Shown here: positions 1 to 10,576 of the stretch, in pieces
Layout: the number at the start of each line of letters is the position of its first letter
Position numbering within the stretch: the stretch's first letter is position 1
IMG/VR virus record: IMGVR_UViG_3300020195_000020
Coordinates: 10,146 to 74,145 of that record
Origin: a virus
Reading direction: 5' to 3' (one strand)
Length of the DNA: 64,000 bases
The notes under the pieces: generated by a model
The model's database searches: none
The model's input: only the letters and a program-made list of their open reading frames with translations
Told to the model about the DNA's origin: nothing
Program-made: the position numbers and the translations under genes

Positions 1-268
1 CGCCCTGACGGTGGCCGCGAACGACATCGGCGTGATCGACATCGACATTGTGCTGCGGACGGTCGGCGCCAGCGGCACCGTGATCGCGGGTGGCATGTTC
101 AATCTCGGCGTGCCCGGGACCGCCAGCACGAAGGCCGTTTCCGCGGCCTCGGCCGCGATCGACACCACGGCGGCCTGTGACATTTCGGTCACCGCCACCT
201 GGAGCGCGTCGAGCTCCAGCAACACCTGCCGGCTCGACATTCTCGACGTGACTCGGGTCACGGCCTAA
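1..268 (+). CDS. 3' part of a virion head-associated protein (decoration/cement-like), probably truncated by the window edge
   Basis: Frame is open from the window start to TAA at 268; rich in beta-strand-forming and small residues; lies directly upstream of the major capsid gene. Confidence 0.4.
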   Translation, partial: ALTVAANDIGVIDIDIVLRTVGASGTVIAGGMFNLGVPGTASTKAVSAASAAIDTTAACDISVTATWSASSSSNTCRLDILDVTRVTA

Positions 269-417
269 GAGCCAAGACGGCGTTCGTTTCACGAATTCAC
301 TGAGGACTTGAGGAACACGGGGCCGCCCGACGACTCGGGCGGCAAACCAGATCGAAGGGTTGAAAAGCGGGAGTAGCTACCCGCCAGACAGCCATGAACT
401 GTTGCTGGCCTTTCATG

Positions 418-451
418 GGGGCCGCGCGATCGACGTGCGGCCCCATTTTTT
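418..451 (+). terminator. Intrinsic terminator-like hairpin immediately before the capsid RBS
   Basis: GGGGCCGC...GCGGCCCC stem followed by ATTTTTT, then GAAAGGA SD and ATG at 467. Confidence 0.5.
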
Positions 452-466
452 GAAAGGATTAGCGAC

Positions 467-1456
467 ATGGGAGCTCCCACTACCGCTCTCGGCACTCTCC
501 GACCCGAAATCGCGGCCAGCTTCGAAGAGTTTGGCCTGGAAGAAGATCGCCGCAATTTCATCGGGACGCGTGTCGCCCCGGTGACCGAGGTGATGGAATC
601 GGGCGGCGCCTTTGGCCGCATCCCGATCGAGCAACTGCTGGAAAACCCGGACGTCGCGCGGGCGCCGGGAACCGGCTACCACCGCGGCAAGTGGAAGTTC
701 GAGCCGGACACCTACGTGACCCAGGAGTATGGTCATGAGGAGCCGGTCGACCGCAACACCGCGAAGAAGTATCGCAACTACTTCGACGCCGAACTGATCG
801 CCAGCAAGCGGGCGATGGACATCGTGTTGCGAGCCGCCGAGGTTCGCTGGGCCGCGAAGATCTTCAACACGACGACTTGGAACGGCGCTTCGTTGACCAC
901 GAACATTTCCGTGCCCTGGTCGACCATTGCGTCGGCTGTGCCGATCGCCGACGTGGAAGCGGCCGTCAACAAGGTCTACGACAACAGCGGCGTTTGGCCC
1001 AACACCCTGATCTTGACCAAGAAGGCGTTCCGGTATCTGCGTCGCTGCGACCAGATCATCAGCCTGATCAAGTATTCGGGCAACCACAACCCGACCGCGT
1101 CCGGTATCACGGCGGATGTGCTGGCCGAGGTCTTCGACCTCGAGCAAGTGATCGTCGCCGGCGGCACCAAGAACACGGCGGGCAAGGGTCCCGGCATCGC
1201 GGCCACTCCGGCCTCGCTCTGGGATGCCACCAAGGCCATGGTCTGCTACGTCGCCCCCTCGGGCGAAATGTCGGACCTCTCTCGGCCGACGCTGGCCCGC
1301 ACGTTCCATTGGGACGAGGACGGCAGCTTGATCGGTGGCGCGTTCGAGAGCTACGAGGACCCGGCGATCCGCGGTCAATGGTATCGCTGCCGCCACCAGG
1401 TGGGCGAGAAGATCATGTACAAGGAGCTTGGCCACCTGCTGACCAACGTGACCTGA
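467..1456 (+). CDS. Major capsid protein (HK97 fold, lambda gpE-like)
   Basis: 329 aa; pattern FIGTRVAPV...RAPG...Y...EYGHEEPVD typical of this capsid group; strong SD; heads the morphogenesis block. Confidence 0.7.
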   Translation: MGAPTTALGTLRPEIAASFEEFGLEEDRRNFIGTRVAPVTEVMESGGAFGRIPIEQLLENPDVARAPGTGYHRGKWKFEPDTYVTQEYGHEEPVDRNTAKKYRNYFDAELIASKRAMDIVLRAAEVRWAAKIFNTTTWNGASLTTNISVPWSTIASAVPIADVEAAVNKVYDNSGVWPNTLILTKKAFRYLRRCDQIISLIKYSGNHNPTASGITADVLAEVFDLEQVIVAGGTKNTAGKGPGIAATPASLWDATKAMVCYVAPSGEMSDLSRPTLARTFHWDEDGSLIGGAFESYEDPAIRGQWYRCRHQVGEKIMYKELGHLLTNVT

Positions 1457-1563
1457 TCCACGCTGGTGTGACGGCGTCGCAATCGCAAGCGGCGCACGGT
1501 CGGGAAACCGGCCGTGCGCCCTTTTCCACCTCACTGTTTTGCGCCGACGGGCGCGGGTGCGCA

Positions 1564-1998
1564 ATGGGTCTTTCCGACAAGCTCTGGGCCGGCATCGGCA
1601 TCCACCAGGTGCTTGCGCATCACCGGAAAACCGTTGTGCACTACCCGGGCGGCAAGCTCCCAAATACGAACCTTCCCGCGGGAGTCACGATCACCAATGC
1701 CCTGGTCGCGTTCGACACGATGATGGGCACCAACGAAATGAGCGGCGACGGCGCGATCACTCGAGACGATTCGGGCGATCGTGAGCGCCGCACCGGGCAC
1801 CTGGAGGTGCCGATGAGCGTCGAGGTCACTGAAAAAGACTTGTGGCTGATCGACGGCGACATCTGGACCACGCAGCGCATGGACGCCAAAGACTCGGGAA
1901 CGGACGCACAGATGCAGGGTTGGCGGATCACCAGCAAGCTGGGCCGTCGCACGCAACACGCACTACCGAAGACCGACCGACCGCTGCGTCGGGGCTGA
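1564..1998 (+). CDS. Head-tail joining/closure protein
   Basis: Phage-like part of ORF 877-1998 starts at ATG 1564 (MGLSDKLW); about 144 aa; synteny after capsid. Confidence 0.5.
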   Translation: MGLSDKLWAGIGIHQVLAHHRKTVVHYPGGKLPNTNLPAGVTITNALVAFDTMMGTNEMSGDGAITRDDSGDRERRTGHLEVPMSVEVTEKDLWLIDGDIWTTQRMDAKDSGTDAQMQGWRITSKLGRRTQHALPKTDRPLRRG

Positions 1999-1999
1999 A

Positions 2000-2599
2000 A
2001 TGGCGATCACGCTCAATACCACGAACTTCTCACTGCCGCGGATTCGTCTGTGCGAGCTCGTTGCCGCCTGCCCGTCGTTTCAGCAAGCGGTGGGCGTATC
2101 ACCCAGCTCGAGCACGCCGCAGCTCGATGCCATGGCCCACGTGCTCTCGCCTTTTAGCGACGACCACGTTGTCAATGGCGTCATGGCCAACCCACGGCCG
2201 CGGGCCACGATCAATATCAATCGCTACACGCGGCACAAGCGTGGCACCGCCTTTGGCGCCAGCCAAGGTGGGCTAATTCTGTGCTTTGAGTTTCTCCCCA
2301 AGACTGAGCCCGTCATTATCGCGCCGCCCTTCGGTACAGAAGATTGGAACATCCAGGATCCCAACGAGCGGCTGGCCCACTTCGAAGAGCAGATTGGCAA
2401 GATCCTCGACGAAATGGAGGCGCGTGTTGCCCAGGACAAAGCGCCGGGCGACGCGATCTTCACGGCCAGCGAGAACCCCGCGACCACCCATTTAAACCAG
2501 ATCACGATCGACCTGGTGGCCGGGCCGGCAGAGTGCAACGAGCAGGAAGAAGAGGGCGACTTGTTCATGACCGCGATTTTCCTGGTGGACTACCAGTAA
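2000..2599 (+). CDS. Putative tail completion/terminator protein
   Basis: 199 aa, acidic, tightly coupled to neighbours; synteny. Confidence 0.45.
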   Translation: MAITLNTTNFSLPRIRLCELVAACPSFQQAVGVSPSSSTPQLDAMAHVLSPFSDDHVVNGVMANPRPRATININRYTRHKRGTAFGASQGGLILCFEFLPKTEPVIIAPPFGTEDWNIQDPNERLAHFEEQIGKILDEMEARVAQDKAPGDAIFTASENPATTHLNQITIDLVAGPAECNEQEEEGDLFMTAIFLVDYQ

Positions 2600-2609
2600 G
2601 GGTTACGCC

Positions 2610-3203
2610 ATGCCGCGGATGAGCACACTGCCGAACCTGACCATCACGATCGGAATGTCGGATGGTTTCTATCAATTGGTCAGCGGCGATCGGCTTTGGA
2701 ATATCTACGCGCGGGCGGCGCTGGCGCACCAATTGATCAAGCACCACGAGACCCGCATTCCCAAGCACTTTCGGCTAGGGGCTCGTGGCACTTACCAGTA
2801 CCACCGCCGTCGCAAATCGACGGAGCGGAAGAAGGTCAAGTATTGGCGCAAACCGCCGAACCTTGACTTGGTCCGCAGCGGCCAGACGAGCCTGGCCGTC
2901 ATGCGGAAACGAACGATCACGTTTGCCGGTTCATTCGGTGGCCCGAAAGGGGCCGGCACGTTGCAGGGGCGGCTGAATATGTTCCTGCCCTACCCGTTGC
3001 GGCGCAACGACAAAGTAGGCGGCATTTCGCCCGAGGACATCGCGGCTGAGATCACGTCGACTACCGACCAAGAGGCTCAGGAGATCGCGGAGGGCTATCG
3101 AGACGACCTCGCGCACCAAATCAACAGCTACCACGGCCCGATGCGCGTGCAGCGGCCCGGCGGCGGTGTCAACGGACTGGTCAACGCCCTGATGGGGCGC
3201 TAG
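2610..3203 (+). CDS. Putative neck/tail completion protein (basic)
   Basis: 197 aa, Arg/Lys-rich centre; position before the tail tube gene. Confidence 0.4.
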   Translation: MPRMSTLPNLTITIGMSDGFYQLVSGDRLWNIYARAALAHQLIKHHETRIPKHFRLGARGTYQYHRRRKSTERKKVKYWRKPPNLDLVRSGQTSLAVMRKRTITFAGSFGGPKGAGTLQGRLNMFLPYPLRRNDKVGGISPEDIAAEITSTTDQEAQEIAEGYRDDLAHQINSYHGPMRVQRPGGGVNGLVNALMGR

Positions 3204-3219
3204 CAAAAGGAGTGATGCC

Positions 3220-4185
3220 ATGAGTTTTGATCGCTACGGAATCTATGCGGCTCGGATTGGCGACATCCTGCTGCGCGACCTGTCGGACATAAGCTGGCGC
3301 TCGGCGAGCAAAAAGTCGGTCGTGATTCCTGGCGGCGACGTCCACCCGCGGGCGATTGTCAACTGCTGCGCCGACCCGGTCATGGACTTCTCGACCAAAG
3401 CCCTCGACGCGCTCTTCGCCGGGGCCGCCACCGTCGACCCCTGGATCGGCTACGCCGTCAACACGGCCGGCTCGCCTAGCACCCCCTCGGCCCTGCTGCA
3501 ATTTCAGAAACGGGTGGACGGCTCGACCTTCGCCAGCGGCGCGAATCACATCGTGGGCACCAACACCAAGGGGTTCCTGAACCCGGTCAGTATCTCGGCC
3601 CAGCAGGACGACGAGGCCGGCGTTAAGTGCATGCTGTCCTACTCGATTCTGTCGACCGACGGCATGACACCGCCGATGACATGGAGCAACGCGGCGGCCC
3701 TGACCAGCGTGCCCAACTTCGACGGCATCTGGTTCCTGGGCCCGGCGACGATTGGCGTCGTCGGCAGTGCGGGAATCTTCCTGGGCAGTCTGCAAAGCAT
3801 GGAGCTCCGCTTCGGCATCAATTACCGCTCGCCGCGCGGCGATGGCAACGTCTATCCGGTCAACGGCTCGGTGCACTCGGTCGTGCCGGAGATCCGCTTC
3901 ACGCTCTTGAACTTCCAGACGGACGTGTTTGCCATGGCTTATCCCTGGGGCTCGGCTTACTCCCAGGTCGGCGAGTGCGCCTTCCAGTTTTACCTGCAAA
4001 AGGGCGTGCATGGCGGGGCCCGAGTGTCCAGCGACGTCGCCGAGCATATCGCGATCATCACGCACACGGGTGAGCGGACGCCCGAGACGTGCTCAGTGCG
4101 CGAGATTGACGACGCCCAGGTCGAAATCGTCCTGCGGCCGACCGGTGGCATCTTCATCGCGGTGCAACAGACGATCTCGTTCTAG
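3220..4185 (+). CDS. Probable major tail (tube) protein
   Basis: 321 aa, beta-rich; strong SD AAAGGAG; upstream of chaperone and tape measure genes. Confidence 0.5.
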   Translation: MSFDRYGIYAARIGDILLRDLSDISWRSASKKSVVIPGGDVHPRAIVNCCADPVMDFSTKALDALFAGAATVDPWIGYAVNTAGSPSTPSALLQFQKRVDGSTFASGANHIVGTNTKGFLNPVSISAQQDDEAGVKCMLSYSILSTDGMTPPMTWSNAAALTSVPNFDGIWFLGPATIGVVGSAGIFLGSLQSMELRFGINYRSPRGDGNVYPVNGSVHSVVPEIRFTLLNFQTDVFAMAYPWGSAYSQVGECAFQFYLQKGVHGGARVSSDVAEHIAIITHTGERTPETCSVREIDDAQVEIVLRPTGGIFIAVQQTISF

Positions 4186-4235
4186 CGTTCGGGGGTCGGT
4201 TTCCTCTTTACCAGCTTTCATCACGCGGGGTCGCC

Positions 4236-5555
4236 ATGGCTCTCAATTACACGACGCTGTTCACCAATCGGATCGGCAACGGGTTCTACCTGCTGAACCT
4301 GTGCAATGAATTCCGTGGGGCCGCCGGCAGCGGTGCGATCGCCACTGATCTGGTCACCGAATGGCAGGCGTTCGTCACGACCTACGACGGTGAGAACGCG
4401 CTGCTGCGCGCGGCCCTGGGCGATTCAACTGGCAGGCTCACGACGGCTTTGGGCGGCCTGGACGACATGACGAGTTGGATCGCGACGTCGCTATCGAACA
4501 CGATCATCGAAATGATCGACGCCCAGAATCAGCTCTCCAAGAAGGAGATCAGCGAGGCCATGCAGGGACTGATCGACTTCATGGTCGCGGACGGTAAGAC
4601 GGTCGACGCCAACGCCGTGACCGCCGCGGCCACTGCCGGCACCAACTCGGGCACCGGCACGATCGTGTTGAGCACGAAGGACGCCAACGGCAAGACGCTC
4701 GAGTATTGCTACGACGAGACGATCGACGTCACGTTTACGACCACGACCCAGGCGAAGTTTGTCGGCGAGGCCCGAGCCAAGAGCCTGCTCAGTTACCAGT
4801 TCCCGCTCGGGAGTGGCGCCTCGAAGAGCCTGACGCCGGCCGACGCGGCCAGCACCAGCGGCATCCTGACCAATGGCACATTGGACGCGATTGTCGCCAA
4901 CACGCCCACCGGCTGGACGATCATCAACGGCACCGCCGGCACGAATATCCTGGAAGAGGCGTCGGTTGTCTTCAAGGCCGGCAAGGCCGTAAAGTTCGTC
5001 GGCAACGGCTCGGCCACCCCAGGCATCACGCAGACCATTACCGGGCTCAAGAGTCGGACGCCCTATGCGGTCAATTTCTGGGGCAAAGTCGACTCGACCC
5101 CGGCCGCCGGCGTGATCACGGTCGATCTGTACGACGGCTCCGGCATCATCAACGACGAGGCCGGGAATGCCAACTCGTTCACGGTCGACTTGACCGCGAT
5201 CGGCACCAGCTATGTGCCCAAGGGCGGATTCTTCCGCCTGCCCGAACCGGTGCCGTCGACCGTGACCCTGCGGATCCGCGAGAGCACGGCCCTGTCGAAC
5301 ACCAAGAACTTCTATCTGGACCACGTCCAGATGATCGCCGGCACCCAGCTCTACTCTGGCGGACCGTATGCCGCCGCGTTTGTCGGATCGGTCGCATTCA
5401 GCACCGACGACACGTTTTCGGTGGCCGTCACGAACGACTATGGCGGCGCGGTGCAGACGCTGTTCTGGCGCTGCTTTGACATGCCCACCAAGGGGCTGGT
5501 CCTGCCGAGCAACGCCGCCGGCAGCGAGAACATTCTGGACTCGATTATCGCGTAA
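4236..5555 (+). CDS. Virion structural protein with a C-terminal carbohydrate-binding-like jelly-roll domain
   Basis: 439 aa; LTNGTLD...PTGW...ITQTI...YAVNFWGK...FYLDHVQM pattern resembles CBM4/9-type domains. Confidence 0.45.
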   Translation: MALNYTTLFTNRIGNGFYLLNLCNEFRGAAGSGAIATDLVTEWQAFVTTYDGENALLRAALGDSTGRLTTALGGLDDMTSWIATSLSNTIIEMIDAQNQLSKKEISEAMQGLIDFMVADGKTVDANAVTAAATAGTNSGTGTIVLSTKDANGKTLEYCYDETIDVTFTTTTQAKFVGEARAKSLLSYQFPLGSGASKSLTPADAASTSGILTNGTLDAIVANTPTGWTIINGTAGTNILEEASVVFKAGKAVKFVGNGSATPGITQTITGLKSRTPYAVNFWGKVDSTPAAGVITVDLYDGSGIINDEAGNANSFTVDLTAIGTSYVPKGGFFRLPEPVPSTVTLRIRESTALSNTKNFYLDHVQMIAGTQLYSGGPYAAAFVGSVAFSTDDTFSVAVTNDYGGAVQTLFWRCFDMPTKGLVLPSNAAGSENILDSIIA

Positions 5556-5564
5556 GGAACCGTC

Positions 5565-6269
5565 ATGTCAGCGTATTTACTCTTCGTCGAAGGCGCGTCG
5601 CCCAACACCGCCAACGACTTGCCAAACCAACTGGGCATCGGGCAAATCGTCGGCCGCGGCGAGCCGGGGCTCCTCTGGGTGCATTGCCAGGCTGGCCCGG
5701 GCGGCAAGCCCGGCATGCTGGGCGGCTGGTGCGTTCACGCTGAAACGCCCACTTTCAATCCGGCCAAGCAAGAGTGGCGCCGTGCCCCGAGCGAGAACTT
5801 TTGGGTCGGCCAGTGGCGCGATCGCCCGCTCACGCCCGAGGACATCGTCCGGCAAAACGTCGGCGCAGTCTGCTACAGCGTGCCGCTGGAAGATGGCCAG
5901 AAGTGGCTGATTCCCGCCGCGCGGTGGCTGCCGCACCTCTGGACCATGAACAAGGAGCTGAAGCGCATCCGCGTGCCGGTGGCCGAGTATGTCGAGTTCT
6001 GTGAGCAGGCCGACGTCGTCTTCCAGGCGTTTGTGAAGAATGCCGCCGGCGGCCAATTCGAGATCGAGTGCGAGTGGGAGTTTGTCTGCCGGGCGATCGA
6101 GATCAACTATCGGCTGGCGCCGGAGATCATCGCGACCCTGAAATTGATCGGCGATCGCACGGGCAGCTCGATCCTCACGGCCGTGATCGAGTGGGAAGGA
6201 ATCACCAAGGTGGTCCAGGAAAAAAAAAATGCGGAGTTAGCCACGACCGACGCTACGCCACCTACGTGA
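5565..6269 (+). CDS. Tail assembly chaperone (gpG-like); -1 frameshift product extends to 6379
   Basis: Directly upstream of tape measure; A10 run at 6220-6229 near its 3' end; -1 frame is open to TAA 6379. Confidence 0.6.
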   Translation: MSAYLLFVEGASPNTANDLPNQLGIGQIVGRGEPGLLWVHCQAGPGGKPGMLGGWCVHAETPTFNPAKQEWRRAPSENFWVGQWRDRPLTPEDIVRQNVGAVCYSVPLEDGQKWLIPAARWLPHLWTMNKELKRIRVPVAEYVEFCEQADVVFQAFVKNAAGGQFEIECEWEFVCRAIEINYRLAPEIIATLKLIGDRTGSSILTAVIEWEGITKVVQEKKNAELATTDATPPT

Positions 6270-6382
6270 CCTGGCGTAAGGGGTTGTTGCCCAGGCACGT
6301 GCCGACCTATTTCGACCGTTACTTTCTGCTGGAAGAGCACTCCACCGAAGAGCTGATTCGGCAAGGTGGCAAGGGGTAAGCG

Positions 6383-8125
6383 ATGGGGCAGAAAGTCACC
6401 TTCACAATCGACGCCCAGCACGCTCCTGCGGTGGACGCGTTCCTGAAAGTCGCCCAGGCCGTGCAATTGACCGGCGGCCAGGGGCAAAAGGCCGGCCAGC
6501 AGATGCAGCAGGCCGGCGGTGCGGCCAGCGCCGCTTGGGAGAAGGGTCTCAACATTATCTCCGGCTATCCGGCGGCTCTGGCCCGGATGGTGACCGGAGC
6601 GGCCGGCGTCTACGCCGTGATCGCCCAATTGCGGGCCGAGCTCGAACGGGTCGGCGAGCTGCAGAAGAAGGCCATGACCTCGATCGACACGGCCCAGGAC
6701 CCTTATTACAAGGCCCGCCAGTCGGTCTCACCAGAGTATGCCAACAGCAAGCTGAGTCGCGTGCTCACCCGCGAGGGCATGCAAGCCTATGGCGACTCGG
6801 AGCCGGCGTCCTACCTGAACCTGCTGGCCAGCATGGAAAGTGCCCGGGGCGAATACGGCCAGGTCGGCACGCACCGCGCGGCCAATGTCGTGGCCCAGGC
6901 GCGCGGCCGCATGAACATGGAGAACGAGTCGGCCACGGAGTTTGGCGGTGCCCTGCTGGACGCGATGAACGTCCAGAAGGCCCACGGCAAGAACTACACG
7001 CCCAAAGCTGTGGCCGGCAAGTTCATCAGCATGTACGGCGTGACGCGGTCGACCAATATCCACGAGTTTGCCAAATACGACATGCGGACCATCAACACAA
7101 TGGCCCGGTTCGGCTTCTCGATGGACCAGGCAATCGGCTTTCAGAGTGCGATCGCCGGCTCCAAGCCGGACCCGACCGGTCGAATCTCGGCCACTGGCAT
7201 GGGCTTGCTGATGGGCGACATGGCCAAGGCGTACACCTATGCCCACCAGTACGGGATGGGAATCAAAGGCCTGAACCCGGAAGACTACGAAAAGTCGGGC
7301 ATGGGCATGTTCGACGTCGCCCGCGGGGACACCAAAACCGGTCGCGCGATGCAGGCCTATCTGTTCGGCGCGCGGGCCGGCAATAAGAAGGTCCGCGACC
7401 TGGCCATGGGCCTGCCGGACATGGGCCCGAGTTTCATGGGCCACGCGCGCGGCGAGAGTGGCTTCTTTGAGCTGGCTCGCGAGCTCTTGAACCCCAACGA
7501 GCAACTCTTCGGCCGAGCACAAGAGGCCTCCAGCCGCGTGGTTTCCGACGCCGACGCCGAGAACTATTTCGACGAGATGATCAAGGGCACGCCGGGCGAT
7601 CGGCACGAGGGTTACTACGCCAACCGGGCGGCCAGCCGCGGGGCATTGGCCGTCGGCAAGTGGGAGAACGTCGAGCAAGCGGCCCGCGGCAACGTCGTCG
7701 AGCTGCAGAGCGAGCTGGCCGACATCCTGGGCACGAGCGACATCGGCCAGAAGATCGCCGGGACCCTGACCTCACTGCGGGCCAATGCTGCCGATCCGGC
7801 CATGCTCGGCAATCAGCAGCGCGAAGTGATCCAGGGGGGAATTGAATCGGTGCGGGCCGCCGCGGCCGACCGGGCCCGCATCAAGAAATACGGCGGCGAG
7901 CGAACCGCCTGGCTGCCGGACTACTTCAACCCGATCAGCGACAGTGAATCCAGCTCGCAAATGAACGAGCAGGAGCGGCTGCTTATCCAGACCCTAGAGC
8001 GGCTGATCGAGACACTGGCCAACCAGGAACTGACCGTCAAGGTCGAGGACCCGACCGGCCGCCAGATGGGACGATCGACGTCGCGGCCGCGCGCCCTCGA
8101 GACGTTTAACGAGGACTCCGAATGA
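6383..8125 (+). CDS. Tail tape measure protein
   Basis: 580 aa, Ala/Gly/Met-rich and helical; N-terminal KVTFTIDA motif; follows the frameshifting chaperone. Confidence 0.7.
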   Translation: MGQKVTFTIDAQHAPAVDAFLKVAQAVQLTGGQGQKAGQQMQQAGGAASAAWEKGLNIISGYPAALARMVTGAAGVYAVIAQLRAELERVGELQKKAMTSIDTAQDPYYKARQSVSPEYANSKLSRVLTREGMQAYGDSEPASYLNLLASMESARGEYGQVGTHRAANVVAQARGRMNMENESATEFGGALLDAMNVQKAHGKNYTPKAVAGKFISMYGVTRSTNIHEFAKYDMRTINTMARFGFSMDQAIGFQSAIAGSKPDPTGRISATGMGLLMGDMAKAYTYAHQYGMGIKGLNPEDYEKSGMGMFDVARGDTKTGRAMQAYLFGARAGNKKVRDLAMGLPDMGPSFMGHARGESGFFELARELLNPNEQLFGRAQEASSRVVSDADAENYFDEMIKGTPGDRHEGYYANRAASRGALAVGKWENVEQAARGNVVELQSELADILGTSDIGQKIAGTLTSLRANAADPAMLGNQQREVIQGGIESVRAAAADRARIKKYGGERTAWLPDYFNPISDSESSSQMNEQERLLIQTLERLIETLANQELTVKVEDPTGRQMGRSTSRPRALETFNEDSE

Positions 8126-8556
8126 TCCAATTTGGCACCAGCGTGATTCCAGGCACGCATCAGAGCCCAATCTTCACGGCGCCGGAGCTGCATGCCGTCC
8201 GCAATCATTTCGCGGGCGTTCGCTACGAGAGCGAGATCTTGCTGGGGACCGGCGGCCGGCCGGTGGTTATCCCCATCATGCTGCATAGCCAACTGCAGAC
8301 GGCAATCGCGCTCGAGGGCTTGCTGAAAACGCTCAACACCATGGTCGGAATGCACGAGCTGCTGGAGATTCTCGAGGGTCCTTATGGCGGCGTGCCCATG
8401 GAGTTCCCGAACTGCACCTTCGAGGGATTCACCAAGGACGGCAGCGACGACGCCGGCCCGCTGGCGGATATGGTCGGGCTACTGGACGGCGTCACGCCGA
8501 GCTGGTGGATCAAGGGCATGCTGATGTTCCGGCAGCTATCGACCGAGGAGCTCTAG
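8122..8556 (+). CDS. Distal tail/baseplate protein
   Basis: 144 aa; ATGA overlap with tape measure gene; synteny. Confidence 0.45.
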   Translation: MIQFGTSVIPGTHQSPIFTAPELHAVRNHFAGVRYESEILLGTGGRPVVIPIMLHSQLQTAIALEGLLKTLNTMVGMHELLEILEGPYGGVPMEFPNCTFEGFTKDGSDDAGPLADMVGLLDGVTPSWWIKGMLMFRQLSTEEL

Positions 8557-8557
8557 C

Positions 8558-10576
8558 ATGCCCGGGCTGTCGCGAGAGGGTGTGAAGGTCTCGGCCGTCG
8601 TCGGCGGCTATCGCTCGCGCGCTTTCAAGGTGCTAGACGTCGAAACCTCGTCCGGCGGTGACAAGCTGGACCACGCCGTGATCTTGTTCGATCTGGGCGA
8701 TCCGGAGGTCAAACAATACGTCGCCAATATCGACCTGGCGAAGCTGATCTTCTCAGTGCCAGGCGCCAACCAGATCAACCTGCAAGGCATCGATATTTCG
8801 ATCGTGGCCGAGATCAATGGCGAAGAGCAGGTTTGGCACTGGGGCAAGGCCACGATGCAGGAGCTGGAGATCGGGCCGAACGAGTCGATCAAGCTGATCA
8901 GCCGGCTAGAGAATGCCCACTTCGGCCGGCCGACCGACTTCCGCCGGGTTTACAACCGGGCGTCAGAGTCGCACGAGTACATCGACCACTACATCACGTT
9001 CAACCCCGACGTTAAAGGCGGGATCATCGGCAACCGCAATCCCAACCCAGGTTCGCGGCGGGATGGCATCTACCCGGTGTTTGTCGAGCCGGCCAGCATG
9101 AAGACGGCCAACGCCGCGGCCTATCACGGCGTCGACTGGCTCGACCCCAACGATCCGGCCAATGTTTTCGAGCGCGCGGAGCAAAACTGGAATCTGATCG
9201 AGGCGGTGCTCTACCTCTGCGGCGAGTGCAACCTCGGCCAGACCTATATCAAGAACCCGACCGAAGACGAGCTCGGCTCTATTCTCGACTCGGACCGCAC
9301 GATCCTGAAAAATCACATCATCCGGCCGGGCCTGCATCTGCCCGAGGCGCTGGACCAGCTCCTGAACCCGTACGGCTATCACTGGCGGATCGACTACAAG
9401 AGCCTGACCGAGCGAAAGATCGTGGTTTTCCAGGCCGGCGTCGGCACCGAGCACCCGCTGCTATTGCAGGGCGTCGGCAGCTCGCTGATTCCCTCGCAAT
9501 CCAACACGCTCAAGGTGAGCCTGGGCTATGACGCGTCGATGGCGATCAACCAGGTGCGCGCGACGGGTGGATTCACGGAGCTGGAGCATACCTGGGAGCT
9601 CAAGCCGGCCTGGTCCGCCAGCTTCGACGATTCCACGATCGACATGCTCAACACGGGCGCCCCCGACTGGGAAACCAGGCCCATCTACCACCGCATTTGG
9701 CGGGACTGGGTGCTGGACGAGGCCGGCGACTACGGCCGCGAGTGGGCCGGCATGCCCGCCAACGCCCCCAACCCACTGGTGAGTGCCGCTTTTATCACAG
9801 CGTTCGGCGCTGCCCATTCGATCGTCGTGCCCAAACGCCGCAAGTTCCTGCCCATGCTGACCCGCGGCGACGACAACGTGCCGCTGGGCAAGGTCGGCGG
9901 CTGCGTCGTGGAATGGTTCAACCCCGACGAGGGCGAAGGCGGGTCGTGGGTGCCTCTCGACCCAAACCTGGAATTCTTCACCTGCCGGCTACTCGAGGAC
10001 GAGTGCGGCATCCACTTCGCCGGCTCGGTCCCCCCGATCTTCCTGATGAACCTGGGCACGGCCGCGCGCGTGCGGATTACAGCGACGGTCCAGAGTGACT
10101 ATCGGATCGCGGCGCTCGAGACGCGGAAGACGACCAGCGTCAACCCCGACGTCAACGAGGCCACGCTGGACGTTTCGTCGCGGTTCCATGGCCGGCTGCT
10201 GCATCCGGAGAGCAAGTATTTCGGCGACGTCGCCGGCGGCACGCTGCGGGCGGACACCAGCGATGGCCGCGCGGCGCTCGAGGATTTTGTGGAGGCGGCC
10301 AGGCTGGCATTCGACCGGGCCCAATGCTCTGGCACGGCCGTGATAGCCGGCATCGATTACCCGGAATACAAGGTCGGCGACCTGGTGCCAGAAGTTGTCG
10401 GCCGGGAGGTGCTGTTTGGGCTCAATCACTCGGCCAGCGAAGAGCGGCGATTCCCGCAAATCATGGGCATCGTGCGTGAGGTCCAGTCGCAGCGAACGAT
10501 CATCACGTTGAACGAGTTCAAAGATACGACGGCCTGGGTGGCCAGTTTTCTCCGCAAGACCAAGCGACTCAAATGA
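8558..10576 (+). CDS. Baseplate hub/tail tip protein
   Basis: 672 aa; position after distal tail gene; C-terminal YKVGD...I.GIVRE...RTIITL pattern typical of hub proteins. Confidence 0.5.
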   Translation: MPGLSREGVKVSAVVGGYRSRAFKVLDVETSSGGDKLDHAVILFDLGDPEVKQYVANIDLAKLIFSVPGANQINLQGIDISIVAEINGEEQVWHWGKATMQELEIGPNESIKLISRLENAHFGRPTDFRRVYNRASESHEYIDHYITFNPDVKGGIIGNRNPNPGSRRDGIYPVFVEPASMKTANAAAYHGVDWLDPNDPANVFERAEQNWNLIEAVLYLCGECNLGQTYIKNPTEDELGSILDSDRTILKNHIIRPGLHLPEALDQLLNPYGYHWRIDYKSLTERKIVVFQAGVGTEHPLLLQGVGSSLIPSQSNTLKVSLGYDASMAINQVRATGGFTELEHTWELKPAWSASFDDSTIDMLNTGAPDWETRPIYHRIWRDWVLDEAGDYGREWAGMPANAPNPLVSAAFITAFGAAHSIVVPKRRKFLPMLTRGDDNVPLGKVGGCVVEWFNPDEGEGGSWVPLDPNLEFFTCRLLEDECGIHFAGSVPPIFLMNLGTAARVRITATVQSDYRIAALETRKTTSVNPDVNEATLDVSSRFHGRLLHPESKYFGDVAGGTLRADTSDGRAALEDFVEAARLAFDRAQCSGTAVIAGIDYPEYKVGDLVPEVVGREVLFGLNHSASEERRFPQIMGIVREVQSQRTIITLNEFKDTTAWVASFLRKTKRLK

